From Bigelowiella natans CCMP2755 (taxonomy: Eukaryota > Protista > Cercozoa): a stretch of 56,947 nt of DNA. Within the stretch, counting starts at the first letter, position 1. Every line of letters begins with the position of its first letter. A program made the translations under genes and the position numbers. The stretch covers positions 1-56,947 of the forward strand of contig ADNK01000148.1 in the NCBI GenBank assembly GCA_000320545.1, in the 5' to 3' direction. Below, piece by piece: positions 1 through 13,666 of this stretch. A model generated the notes under the pieces. It was not told where the DNA came from. It ran no database searches and saw only the letters and a program-made list of their open reading frames with translations.

Positions 1-1864
1 ATCTCACCCAGCGTGGTTGGTTGATTCGTTGTCGGTCCGCAGGTCGTAGGACCACAAGTCGTGGGTCCGAGTGTTGTTGGAGATGTCGTGGGATTTGTGG
101 TGGTGGGCCCACAGGTCGTCGGTCCAAGTGTGGTGGGACCAAGGGTCGTGGGTCCACACGTCGTTGGCCCGCAAGTCGTGGGTCCAAGTGTGGTTGGGCC
201 AAGGGTCGTGGGTCCACACGTGGTCGGGGTGGTCGTGGGATTAGCGGTTGTGGGTCCGCAGGTCGTGGGTCCAACTGTGGTTGGCCCAAGAGTCGTGGGT
301 CCACACGTCGTTGGCCCGCAAGTCGTAGGTCCAAGTGTGGTTGGACCAAGGGTCGTGGGTCCACACGTCGTTGGCCCGCAAGTCGTGGGTCCACCGGTCG
401 TGGGTGCACACGTGGTCGGTCCACACGTGGTCGGGGTGGTCGTGGGATTAGCGGTTGTGGGTCCGCAGGTCGTGGGTCCAAGTGTGGTTGGTCCAAGAGT
501 CGTGGGTCCACACGTCGTTGGCCCGCAAGTCGTAGGTCCACCGGTCGTGGGTCCACACGTGGTCGGTCCACACGTGGTCGGGGTGGTCGTGGGATTAGCG
601 GTTGTGGGTCCGCAGGTCGTGGGTCCAAGTGTGGTGGGACCAAGGGTCGTGGGTCCACACGTCGTTGGCCCGCAAGTCGTGGGTCCAAGTGTGGTTGGGC
701 CAAGAGTCGTGGGTCCACACGTGGTCGGGGTGGTCGTGGGATTAGCGGTTGTGGGTCCACAGGTCGTGGGTCCGCGTGTGGTGGGCCCAAGTGTGGTTGG
801 TCCGCAGGTTGTCGGCCCGCAGGTTGTGGGTGCAAGTGTGGTGGGACCAAGGGTCGTGGGTCCACACGTCGTTGGCCCGCAAGTCGTGGGTCCAAGTGTG
901 GTTGGGCCAAGGGTCGTGGGTCCACACGTGGTCGGGGTGGTCGTGGGATTGGCGGTCGTTGGTCCACAGGTCGTGGGTCCGCGTGTGGTGGGCCCAAGTG
1001 TGGTTGGCCCGCAGGTTGTCGGCCCGCAGGTTGTGGGTCCAAGTGTGGTGGGACCAAGGGTCGTGGGTCCACACGTCGTTGGCCCGCAAGTCGTGGGTCC
1101 AAGTGTGGTTGGGCCAAGGGTCGTAGGTCCACACGTGGTCGGGGTGGTCGTGGGATTGGCGGTCGTTGGTCCACAGGTCGTGGGTCCGCGTGTGGTGGGC
1201 CCAAGTGTGGTTGGCCCGCAGGTTGTCGGCCCGCAGGTTGTGGGTCCAAGTGTGGTGGGACCAAGGGTCGTGGGTCCACACGTCGTTGGCCCGCAAGTCG
1301 TGGGTCCAAGTGTGGTTGGGCCAAGGGTCGTGGGTCCACACGTGGTCGGGGTGGTCGTGGGATTGGCGGTTGTTGGTCCACAGGTCGTGGGTCCGCGTGT
1401 GGTGGGCCCGAGTGTGGTTGGCCCACACGTTGTCGGCCCGCAGGTTGTGGGTCCAAGTGTGGTTGGGCCAAGGGTCGTGGGTCCACACGTGGTCGGGGTG
1501 GTCGTGGGATTGGCGGTTGTTGGTCCACAGGTCGTGGGGCCGCGTGTGGTGGGGCCAAGAGTCGTTGGCCCACACGTTGTTGGCCCGCAGGTTGTGGGTC
1601 CACGTGTGGTGGGTCCCAGGGTCGTGGGTCCACACGTGGTCGGGGTGGTCGTGGGATTGGCGGTTGTTGGTCCACAGGTCGTGGGTCCACGTGTGGTGGG
1701 CCCAAGAGTGGTTGGTCCACACGTTGTTGGCCCACAGGTCAAGGGAGAGCGAGTTGTTGGGCTGCAGGTCGTGGGTCCACAAGTCGTCGGAGTGGTCGTA
1801 GGACTTGCGGAGGTGGGACCGCAGGTCGTCGGACCGCAGGTTGTTGGTCCTAGTGTCGTGGGAC
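1..1864. repeat. Coding tandem array: 15-nt (pentapeptide) monomers grouped into 207-nt and 147-nt higher-order units
   Basis: Anchor gtggtcggggtggtcgtgggatt starts at 220, 427, 574, 721, 928, 1135, 1342, 1489 and 1636 (spacings 207,147,147,207,207,207,147,147). Confidence 0.95.
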
Positions 1865-3206
1865 CTGATTTCAGAGAGAAACATGACAAAGATGAAATCA
1901 TGATGTTTGAGGCATTTCAAATGCGAAGAATTTGTGCAATGATCATCACGCACCTGGTGTTGTTGGCTGATTCGTCGTGGGTCCAAAGGTTGTGGGTCCA
2001 AAGGTGGTGGGGCCTTGCGTTGTGGGAGACGTTGTTGGACACGAAGTCGTGGGACCACACGTCGAGGGGGCCCACGTTGAAGGAGATTCGCTCGTTGGGC
2101 CCATGGTGGATGGTGACATCGTTGATGGAGACCAAGTCGTAGGAGCACAGGTTGACGGCCCACAAGTAGTTGGGGAGCTTGTGGGATTTGCAGAGGTAGG
2201 CCCGCTGGTTGTCGGGACGCAGGTGGTGGGAGACACCGTCGTTGGAGATCCGGTGGACGGTGAACACGTTGCGGGTTGCTGAGTCGTAGGGGCACAGGTT
2301 GACGGCCCACAAGTGGTTGGGGAGCTTGTAGGAATACCAGTGGTTGGCGTGCAAGTTGTGGGATTATGAGAACTAGGAGACGATGTTGATGGCCCACAAG
2401 TGGTTGGGGAGCTTGTAGGAATACCAGTGGTTGGCGTGCAAGTTGTGGGATTATGAGAACTAGGAGACGATGTTGATGGCCCACAAGTGGTTGGGGAGCT
2501 TGTAGGAATACCAGTGGTTGGCGTGCAAGTTGTGGGATTATGAGAACTAGGAGACGATGTTGTTGGTGAACCACTTGAGGGCACCATCGTTGCAGGAGAG
2601 TAAGTCGTGGGAGCACATGTAGAAGGCCCACAAGTCGTCGGAGTGTTCGTAGGATTTGCAGAAACAGGCCCATTGGTTGTGGGACAATATGAAGTCGGCT
2701 GGCAGGTCGTTGGATTGCTTGTGGGAATGCAAGTGGTCGGCCCACAGGTTACAGGACTGCCAGAACTGGGTGACACCGTTATCGGAGAGATACTTACTGG
2801 TGCTAGAGTTGTGGGAAAGAGAGTGACAGGACAAGAAGTTGACGGTTGATAGGTTGTTGGGTTGCTCGTGGGAGTGGAGGTTGTGGGACTAACTGACTCG
2901 GGGGATGATGTCGCGGGAGAGCCAGTTGTAGGTACGAAAGTTGGAATGTTTGTAGGCGAGAACGTAGGGTTCAAGGTTATGGGACTGGAAGTCACTGGTT
3001 GAGAGGTGATGGGAGAATGAGTAGCGGGGCTTAGAGTCGCTATTAAAAAGTATGGTTAGTATGCACATGTCCGACCATGCATTTTAGCGTATGTATTTGT
3101 ACACAATGAATTATTACGGAAACATGAATAAGCATGAAACATTATTCCAAATATATAATTATTCCCAAAACCAATATCTACGTGAGAGTATATGGTACTT
3201 ATTTTC

Positions 3207-3243
<37 letters not shown>

Positions 3244-3688
3244 TCTCTCTCTCTCCTCTCTTATAATTTGTATTATCATTGTCGAGATGATGCAGGCGAG
3301 CATGCTCTTTCTCTCTCTTTCTCTCTCTCTCCTCTCTTATAATTTGTATTATCACTGTCGAGATGATGCAGGCGAACATGCGAGAGAACCAGCAACAACG
3401 ACAATTTCAGGAAAGAGAATGGCGGTTGGATATCTTCACATAAATTACCTGGAGATTCAGTCGGGGACAAAGTCCCTCCAGCCCCCGTCAATAATCCATC
3501 CCTATTAGAGAAAAGGCCTGGAGAGAAAGCAACGAAAATGCTTTATCATATCAACTGCTGTCGTCATGGAGAATAAAGAATAAAATTATTTTTTGAAAGA
3601 TGGAATGTGCCGCACTTGGGACGATCAATATCAGCAGATAAAGCCTGTATCGAACAGCCTCAGCGCCGCGTCCCAGCCCTCCATGCAT
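1..3688 (-). CDS. Pro/Thr-rich mucin-like (PT-repeat) protein, probably secreted or surface-located; 3' end outside the window
   Basis: Minus ORF 1946-2995 (PTT/SPT-rich) splices via GT-AG intron 1865-1953 (…TPG|PTTLGPTTCGP…) into a PTT[C/L/R]G repeat frame continuing towards position 1. An upstream exon at ~3449-3525 (…GTLSPTESP|ATLSPATHSP) joins in frame. The start at ~3688 (MHGG…YRLYLLILIVPS) is tentative. Confidence 0.85.
2304..2562. repeat. 87-nt coding tandem repeat x3 (TSSPSSHNPTTCTPTTGIPTSSPTTCGPS)
   Basis: Units start at 2304, 2391 and 2478 and are visible in the 1946-2995 translation. Confidence 0.95.
3255..3380. repeat. Intronic 76-nt tandem duplication adjoining (CT)n tracts
   Basis: cttataatttgtattatca(t/c)tgtcgagatgatgcaggcga(g/a)catg starts at 3260 and 3336. 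Confidence 0.9.
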
Positions 3689-4031
3689 GCCACTACAGCT
3701 GGATGGAGGGCGGCATGGGTTAAAATGGATGTCGCGTCGGGCGTAACGATATTAAAACCACATCCCATTTCGATACTGCGACATGGTTTTCTCCTGAAAA
3801 TAGAAGCTAAATCGATCCGTTTTTATGCTACGACAACAACCATTACACACGTTACCAGAGCGTTTTTCCCCTGCTATTATCGGCTTTAGACTCGTCGAAA
3901 GTTTATCAGTCGGAGCTCTCGCCCGGAAGCGACCCGCACCGACCCGATTTTTAACGCGCAGCGAGCTTGGATCGATCACGGCCAGCACCCCTTGTTCTCA
4001 ATTCGCACCGCGTACGTCGGTTGAGGCAACA

Positions 4032-4325
4032 ATGGGGAATGCAGACGTAACCACGTGCGTTCGTCTGCTAGTACTCCTTCTATCCTCGTTCCAGCCATTC
4101 TCTGTTGCCGCCGCCGAACATGGATCTTTCGCCACCCCACCCAGCTTGGCTATCTATGACTGTGAAGACGGGTCAGCAGGGCTTCAGGTGACGGGAACGA
4201 CCGCCACTTCCACAAATCAATCGTTGGTAAGATACAAATAAATATATACATTACTAATGCATGCTAATGCGTACGTGTACCTCCAGGAAATGTAAATATC
4301 ACATAAGTACGTCCAGTCGCTTATT

Positions 4326-4373
<48 letters not shown>

Positions 4374-4482
4374 GGTGTGGTGTGCCGTGCAGTGGTGGTT
4401 GATTACTTAAGCAGCTACACCACTTCTGCTACACTTATGCTCATGGCGAATATCACGGATGCACAGGTTGTTGCAAGTCTAG

Positions 4483-4528
<46 letters not shown>

Positions 4529-4761
4529 GCTCCACAAATAATGCGATGTATCGTATAATTTAATGAAGTTCAGGATTAATCTTGAAACATCATATCCAAT
4601 GCGTAGTTTTTCGACCCCGGTTTCTTCTCAGCGGGATACTACAAGGCAGCCTTAATTCAGGTGGTCTCCGCGATTTGTAAGTGGGGAATGCTACCATCAT
4701 CTGAACCAATTAATGTCGAAAAATATGAGAGTGTATACGTTGTACGCATAATATATACACG

Positions 4762-4800
<39 letters not shown>

Positions 4801-5698
4801 GTATGATGTATATTTAATGTGTTCGCGTGTAGGTGTAAATATCGTGTATGTAACGCCCATAAATTATTACTGCAGGACAATCAATTCTCGCTCCAGATAA
4901 CAGGAGTACTTCAATCACAGCTGTATGCTGTGAAATGTGGATTGATGCTGATGGAGAATGATTCATCATCCAGCGGCTACTTATACGCCGACACTAGCAC
5001 AGACGGTGAGCAGAGGATATCATCGGTAGATGATGGAACCAGGAAGCATAGAAAAGTCTCAATATCAGTGACAACAGTAGCTTCAGGAGAAGCAAAAAGG
5101 TTCATTATCATAGATGAAGAAAAAGCAAGTGAAGATCCTCGTACAATATGCTACACACGCATAGACACCTCACCATGTGGCCTGAGACGAATGTGGCGAA
5201 AGTATGTGTGTTTGTGTGTGTGGTGTGTGCACGACGTTGTGCCTCTTTTCACACTTTTTACACATGCCATAGTTCTGTGTGGACATATCCCCCACTCATC
5301 TATGCGTCACAAGATGCTCCGAGCATCAGACAAGGAGCCTGCTATAAGGTGGTCAATACATCATCTTCCATTTATCATTTTGAAATAACGTTCTTGCACC
5401 TCACACAGAGTGATGATGATAGTAACTATGGCTGCCTGGTGCTGGTGCTGTTTACTTTTGCACAGGGCATCATGGCCTTACAGAGCGGACAGAATTGGGG
5501 AAATAATTCATTCCAGTACTCGCAAATGCAGTTTTACACCGGAAAGGTCGGCTTTGACAACTGACGTATGTGTAGACGCTGGTAAACATGTGGTTCGAAT
5601 GTATCCCCTCCACCCCCTCTTGACATATACTTCTCTCTGTTTGGCAGCCGGGAGCCAGGAGCCCCGGAGATTACTGGAGGTGAGATACTAATCCATCA

Positions 5699-5732
<34 letters not shown>

Positions 5733-6828
5733 AGCAGCAGCAGCAGCTTTTGTTTGTGATGAGTGACGAAGTACACATACATTTTCTAGCAAAGGACTGA
5801 ATCCGCTACTGTAATTGAACAGATGCCTCGATCTCGCCGGCGCAACATACTGCAGAGCCTCGAGCTATAACGTTGCTTGGTATAGAGCACGAGAATCAGC
5901 ACCTCTCCAGCCGCCATCACAACGATATAGATAATACACCTGCACAGCATTATTCCCTGAGGATGATGGACAATCTATTTCTTCTGTTTATCTTTGTGCA
6001 TCTCACCATACCACCATAAAACATTAACCACAGCAGTAACGACAATATACAACAGCATCAACAATTACTGCTAAGAACACTTTGTAGCATGTGCTCATTG
6101 CTTTCGTTGTCATGCACACGTATACGATGACCATCACCAGGACGGGCTTTTGCCTGCCTGATAGCTGCACAAGTAACAATGTCCAGGTAGGTTTCGTCGT
6201 CGTCGTCGTCATCATCTTAACATTGCTCATCTTATCGCAGAAGAAGAGGAATTTGGCGATAACAATGATGATGATGATGAAATGATGATGATGATGATAC
6301 TAGGAAGTTGGTGATTATTGAGAGGAGGAGGAGGAGGAGGAGAAATACTTTAGAAGAGGGCACAAATCATTCGTTAATCTGCGCGTATGTTTACATGCAT
6401 GTAGAAATCGTTTCACATCGCGGCAGTAGACGCCATCGCTGAGCTCGGCTCGCAAGATATCGAGTAAGAAGAACACCCATTGTATTGCTATATAGAAGCA
6501 TATTCCCTGTTTCACAGCAAACAATACTCGGATTTCAGTGTGTATAATATCAATGCTGATGACCTTTCACCATGCTCATCATCATCATCATTTAGTCTGT
6601 TGACGACGATTGCTGACGAGCAGAGCATCGACACATCGCTAGGCCTCAACCAAACGCAAGCCCAAATACGTACTGAGTTACAAAGACCAAACGTCGTAGT
6701 TGCGCTGATGCTGCTGTTGCTACTACTAATACTACTATTACTACTACCACTGAGCTATCGTTAGATGTAACAGCCTCGTGAGTAGGAGAATGACTCGAAG
6801 GAGATCCATTGCACTTTGGACAAAATGA

Positions 6829-6861
<33 letters not shown>

Positions 6862-6929
6862 TAGTAGCTGTTGTAGTAGTCCCAAAACAAACAAACGTCC
6901 TCCCTAATATATCATTACGAACATTACTC

Positions 6930-6960
<31 letters not shown>

Positions 6961-7561
6961 TGCTCTCCCCAGTCAACATCTGGATTTCAACTATTGCGGG
7001 CAATCTCTCCAGTGGCACGGAATTGCAGATGGCGGCGCTCGGAGCTCAGGACCTTCTCGTCAGTTTTAGAACAACAATCATCGAACGAATATCCTAGCAT
7101 GATCTTCCTGCTGGGCCGCTTAGTGTTACTGCCGCCCCACATGATTAACATTTCTTCTTCTTCTTCTTCTCCTTCTTCCTTTTATGTTTCTTTCTCTCTT
7201 CTTTTCTTCGGTCTTGCTCCTTTGTCTTCTCCCTCACCCAATTTGATTCTTGGAATATCATCATATTAAATCCAGACCGAGGTGACTGTGTGGAGGTGTG
7301 ACGATAGCTACGATAACGCACAGCCTTTGCCATCCGTGGGAATGGTAGAAAATACTATTATTAAGAGGCCGAGAGAAGAAGAAGAAGAAGAAGAAGAAGA
7401 AGAAGAAGAAAGAATCCATCTTATTGCCTTATATGCATTTGTTGGCTTGCAATAGGCGTGGGTTATCTGCATTGTAATCATTGCGACCCTGGTCATAAAC
7501 GCAACCTGCCTCGATCTCTTCTGGAGGAGCAAACAAACCCACTCAACCAAGCTTGAGAAAG

Positions 7562-7599
<38 letters not shown>

Positions 7600-8214
7600 T
7601 GTGTATGTGTATGTGTATGTGTATGTGTGTGTGTGTGTGTAATTGCATATCTACATCCATTATCATATATTTATATCTTAACTCGAAAATGTGCGAGTGC
7701 GTAGCTGCGTGCGACGGCTTGGTTGATTGCATGACCCCCATGCTTCGTTGTTATATGATGCGGAAGGTGGGGGAGGAGAAGCAATGGCTGCCTGGGGAAG
7801 CGATGTCGCTCAACAATCACGTCGCGCGACGCCAGGGAGAGGGAGAGGGAGATGAAGGCGAGGAGGCGAAAGGGGAACACCGCAGAAATAACATCCCCGA
7901 TGTATCGATGATATATAGCAAAGCTAAATTCATCTTCCAAGGGCCGCGTGGTGCTCAGAATAACGAGCATTCCCATGGTAGCCCTCCCCCCCTTGGTAGC
8001 GGAAATAATCGTCGTAATGATGCAAGTAGCAACGAGGACGACGGCGGCGACTGGAAGGCGTCTGGACTCGTTCAACGTGCAATCAAGGTATTGATGACGA
8101 TGATGACGATGAGGAGGAGGAATAGGAGGAGGAGTATCAATAGTAGTGGCCATGATCACAACGATAATAATCACTGCTCAAATTTTCTTCTTTTTCTTCC
8201 CTTTCCCTCACACC

Positions 8215-8261
<47 letters not shown>

Positions 8262-8415
8262 GCCATTTGTCAACCAAATAGGGTTTCTCGATCTGTCGCA
8301 ATTGGGAGAAGTTGATTGCTGTGCGACGTGGACATCTGCAACCGCTTGATGGAATTCGCTTCTTCGCGGCATGCTGGGTCGTGTGATAATAATACATACA
8401 GATAAGGGAGGAGAA

Positions 8416-8448
<33 letters not shown>

Positions 8449-8593
8449 GAAGGGAGGAATAGCAGTTAATTTCCACCTATGTATGGAAGGGAAGGAGGAA
8501 GAGGAGGAGGGGAGGGGGAAGAGGAAGATGTGCAGATGAGAAGCGAAAGATATCCATCGACTTATCGGATTTTTTGTAATGATGATCTCTCTC

Positions 8594-8670
<77 letters not shown>

Positions 8671-8975
8671 TGTGCGTGCGGTGAATCATAATTGCTATTG
8701 TTTTCATGTTGTGTGAGGGCAGGTTATCATTGGCCACACTGCATTCTACGCTGCCTTTCCCTCTGGCTATGGAAACCCAGAGAATGTGTAAGAAGAAGAA
8801 AGGAAAAGGGGAGAGAGAGGAGGGAGAGAGGGGATGGGATGAAGCATGCATGTAAAAGCAGCAATCTGATCCAATCGAGATCTCTGTATGCATCTCTTTC
8901 TTCTCCTCCTTCTCCCTCATTTCGATCAGTATTCACTGAATATATTCCCCTTCTAAGTTCGTTCACGCGCATGTG

Positions 8976-9015
<40 letters not shown>

Positions 9016-9363
9016 GAGAGAGAGCGAGAGAGAGGGGGGGGGAGGAGGGTGGGAGGCATAGAACCAAAAAATTGTGTCCTCTACAACCGATGATGCGAGT
9101 AATGACGAGGCCGTACATGACTGTCATTGGTTCCAATCTCTCCTGTCCTCCTCCTCCTCCCCTCATTTATAACGCTCTTCTTCTTCATTTTCTGGTTCTG
9201 GTTCTTGTTCGTTGGCAGGTACCCACGCCCTGATGGAAAGGGGGTGACACAGACGTGGTGGTTTCAAATTGTAGACCCAGGAGCTTTCCTTGCCGTCGAT
9301 GTCTTTTTGTGGCTAGGCGGGTTGTTATTATTTAGTCTTTGATTGGCGATTCATCATCATCAT

Positions 9364-9396
<33 letters not shown>

Positions 9397-9483
9397 AAGC
9401 AAACGAGAGGTAGCAATAGAGTAGTGATTTATACATGTTTGGTCGCTTCACTTCGCGAAGTAGTACTGATACGCACACATACT

Positions 9484-9521
<38 letters not shown>

Positions 9522-10954
9522 TCTGATTGGCTCAGCTTTCTCGTGGCCTACTCTTTGCTGCGAAGACTAGACAAGGTGCTTGCACTTCCCCTCCTCCTCC
9601 TGCTCCTCCTCCCATTACAGCATAATACGTGTCGGTCATATTATCGATGGTGGCTGATGATGATGATGATGATGATGACGATGGTGATGATGATGGCGAG
9701 GATAAAGAGGATTTCGAGGTGAAGGACGGAAGCAGCACCATAATATATTGGATCAAATGAATATAAAATAGGTTCGAAGAGTCTCTTCCTTCGCTTTGAG
9801 CATTCCGCTGATATACATTGACCGCTATCTACGATTGCTGCCGGCCCTGCTTGTTGTCCTCGGGTTCTACTGGGCGATTCTACCGAACATCGGCTCAGGG
9901 TTGCTTGTTATGCTGATAGTACATCTTTTTCTGCAGCAAATGAATGTTGGAGAGTGCACGATATCATGCTAGACGTTGTAGTAGGAATGCAGCTTGAGAA
10001 TGACGGCCAATGAGGGCGCATTCTCCTTTCCCTACGACTCGGATTGCTATTTTAACTGTGTCGCAGGATATGCTTTGTTTTTTCATCATTGCTGTAGAGA
10101 GATTTCACCATCCTCTTCTCTGTTTACCACCTATGATGTGAATTATACTTACACCCTTCCAAACTATAATGCAGGCCAATGTGGCCATATGTTCAATCTA
10201 CCACAGAAGGATGCAATAAGTATTGGTGGGTTGAGGTAGGACAACGCATCATCATCATCATCATCATTATCATTCTTGTTGTTGTTGTTCGTATGATTTC
10301 ATATTTATTAAATGATGATCTTCTCTTTGTTGTATCATCGACAGATACTGATGCTCACGGCGTACAATCCGAAGAAGTGGAATGGAGGCGGCTGCATGTA
10401 CCACACATGGTATGCATTTACTACTGGTTTACGATCACGAAATGACAATCAGCGAAATGTACAAGCATGCCTGTCCATTACCATCAACGGGATTCTGCAT
10501 TCGGGGAGGGGGGGGGGGGGGGGGGGGTCCACACATGTACCACACACACGCAAAGTAGAAATGAGAAGGAAAATGAGGGCACAAACCAATGATGATAATA
10601 AATCTGCCCTTACAACAAAAAAGGTACCTCAGCGTGGACCTCTTCTGTTTCGTATGCACGCCGATTGTCCTATCACTCTACAAATGGCGGCCGAAGCTTG
10701 GGCTTCTCACGTTGATATCGCTTTTCACTTGTTGGCTGATCTTCTACTGGAGGCGCATTGACCGCTACGAGCTCAAGACTAACAACTTTATTCAGGACAA
10801 CCCGGACGCATTCGTGGAAACCTACTACTACCCGTGGCTCCGTAAGAACAGAGCATCATCACTTAGCGTCCACTATCATTACACCGCAAGCTCACTATAT
10901 ACAGTACTCGCCTCACTTTTTTTTGGAAACAATTTTTCCGCGCTAATAATTTAA

Positions 10955-10995
<41 letters not shown>

Positions 10996-12692
10996 ATCGC
11001 ATATGAGAATGTTTTGTGATATGACGTTCAATAATCAATATAATACAGGCGCGGCGCCCTACATTGTGGGGGTGGGGTTCGGCTTGGTCTATCATCGATT
11101 TTCGATGAAATCACCGTCAACTTCACGTACTACTATCACCGCTACTACTAATACAACTACTACATCGATTCCCTCTTCGAGGCTAGCAGTAGGAAGGGAC
11201 GATGATGAAGAGCTTGCAAGAACAAGTCACCTTGGCGAGCACGGTGTCAATGACGATCACAACGATAGTGTAGAAGGAGGAGGAGGAGAAGGAGGAGGTG
11301 TTACGACGCAGAGAGAGTCTTTGTATTACGATGGCATCGTGAGCAGCGACAGGAAGCAGCTAGTCGAGCATCCGACTCCCACCCAAAGAAATGGGAGGAC
11401 GTCAACCGCAATGACAGGAAGTAGAGGCGCAAGGGGAGGAGCGTACCATACAAAGGTTCTCATTGGCTCATCGTTGCAGGTAGAGGCGTTTGATGCGTGC
11501 TTTTGTATCTTCGTGGATGCATATACACTGGATGTGCATTTTCCTGTATCACCAAATTCATTAGCTCTCACGTTTCTGCTCGCAGATATTTGGGATCGGT
11601 GTCATTTGTGCGTGCCTCTTTGGAGCATACGACGCAGTAAAGAACGCTAAGTGCACAGCTTCATATATATGTCCAAATCCTGGGTGAGTATTGCATTTTA
11701 TACTTGTAATTACGATTCTAAATAGATAATGAGGTTCAAATCCTCGGAGATTTTGTTCGTTACTATTCTGAGACAACAAGGGCGGGGAATGTTGGTGTGC
11801 AATTCTTTTGCCGAGTCAATTTCGAAATTTCATGTTCCTATGTACGAACTAATTCAGTCAGAAGGAAACATCGAGAATGTTACCATTAATGATGAATAAT
11901 AGTGAAGATTCCACCAATTTGGCGGTGCCAAGAACTTCATTTTCTTTAATCATAAGGTTGATTTTTCGTTATTATTTTGACTCTGCTTTCTTGCATCCCT
12001 GCAGATACAAGTACACGCAATTCGAGGCGAACATTTATAACACTTTCTCAAAGCCTGGAATGGGGGTTGGCTTTTCACTGCTCATGGCGGCATGGATCTG
12101 GTTTCGTGAAGGTTGTGAGGAGAGGGGGGGGAGGCATTTGCTTCAGAATTCACAAGCATTTATGGATGTTTCTGTGGAGCACATATTTAATCATCTTTCT
12201 TCACCTCACCCCACATTAGCACCACGTTTCACCCTTTACTTGTCTAGTTATTTTCCTAATACATTCTCCATTTAGATCCGTGTGGAGCTGCGACGCGTTG
12301 GTTTTTTACTTGGCCTGTTTTCGCACCGCTAGCGAAGCTGAGTTACGGCGCATATCTATGGCATCTGTTCTGGGTGCTACTCTATTATGACATACAGGTA
12401 CGACGAAGAAACGAAATCACACATGCATGAAATTCTAGTTCTTTCAATTTTCTCTCTCCTGGTGAGGAGCGTTTGTTCGTGAATTCGAAGCGGGTTGACC
12501 GAAGTTTCGTGTGTCGTTTTGCAACAGGTCATCCCGACCGATCTGACTCTTGGTAACTTGGTGTACCACTCTTGCGGGTTCATCGTGATGTCATTCCTAT
12601 CGTCGTTTCTTTCCTTTCTTCTGGTAGAGGCTCCTCTGTCTTTCATATTCTCTTCCTCACTCAAAGTTATCATTGGCGGTGGGCGGAAATGA
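4032..12692 (+). CDS. NRF-6-like O-acyltransferase (signal peptide + NRF domain + acyltransferase-3 multi-TM domain), many exons
   Basis: Signal peptide MGNADVTTCVRLLVLLLSSF. NRF-like Cys motifs CLDLAGATYC (~5820) and GFCLPDSC (~6145). AT3 motifs in order: FSICRNW…LDGIRFFAACW|VIIGH (8281-8735), AVDVFLWLGG (~9290), RYLRLLP (~9820), CMYHTW|YLSVD (10390-10640), YYYPWLR (~10820), PLAKLSYGAYLWH (~12325), LLVEAP before the stop at 12692. Confidence 0.9.
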
Positions 12693-13209
12693 GTTTTAGA
12701 GATATAATGTAATCGCCATGACAGCTTCTACGTTGCGTTTCATAGCGTTATGATCACAACGTATATCTCCTCATCATTAATTTAAGCGGGTCAACTTAGA
12801 CCAATGCGCATGCAAACATTCTAAATTGATGCGACGAACTAGGGCGATCCAGACGGTGGCTCGCTTAATTCGCGCACGTATGTACGCATGTACCGTCTGC
12901 TGCGGCAGTACTATTTTCATTCATGATCATGACACCTGCACGCGCTTCTGAGACCTGCCCGTTCACTAATACATAATCTTGTTAGCTGCGCCGCGTCAGC
13001 GCTTGCAAATGCTACACATTCAATATAGCAGCTGAGCCGGCAGACTGTATATAGCCGTGGATCATCATGCGAGTGCTCATAGAGCATTCGGCTAATAACA
13101 TGAGCGGGGCAGTTTATGTGTAGCTAGTGTATTTACTTGCAGTAAGCAGTGCCAATCAAAATAAACAGTGCTAGTAAGATACTATTTTTGGATCGATCAG
13201 CGTCGCTAC

Positions 13210-13628
13210 TTACGACTTCTCATCCACGTCTACAACATTTCCATCGTCATCGATGTATGTCGGACGTTGCTTCGCAACCTACGGAATTTACATACACATT
13301 TAGACAAAAAATGACAAAATATACGGCAATATTTACTGAACAAATGGTACTCGCACTTACGACACACATACACTTCACGATAGGATGGTGCTAGTAACAG
13401 ACAGAAACACTGCATCACAGAGCACGGATATTGGAACAATGCTGGTTTCAGAAGAAAGAAATGAATAATAGCAAATTCTATCACGACGATACCTTAGCTC
13501 GAAAGAGCTTGTGTGCTTCTTCCCACGCTTCTTTCATCCCCTTGGAACCCTTTCTCCTATCTTTTATCTTTGCAGTGTCAACCTTTTCTTCTCGTTTGAA
13601 AAACCTGGAAGAAGAACACACATACACG

Positions 13629-13666
<38 letters not shown>

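Noticed and set aside
1-1864. Possible CRISPR-like array
   Set aside because: No unique spacers; it is an in-frame coding minisatellite in a eukaryotic gene.
61-2142. 693-aa plus-strand (VVGP)n elastin-like ORF and overlapping 610- and 667-aa ORFs
   Set aside because: Antisense or frame shadows of the PTT repeat. Splice signals and upstream exons fit the minus strand, and the ORF begins at GTG.
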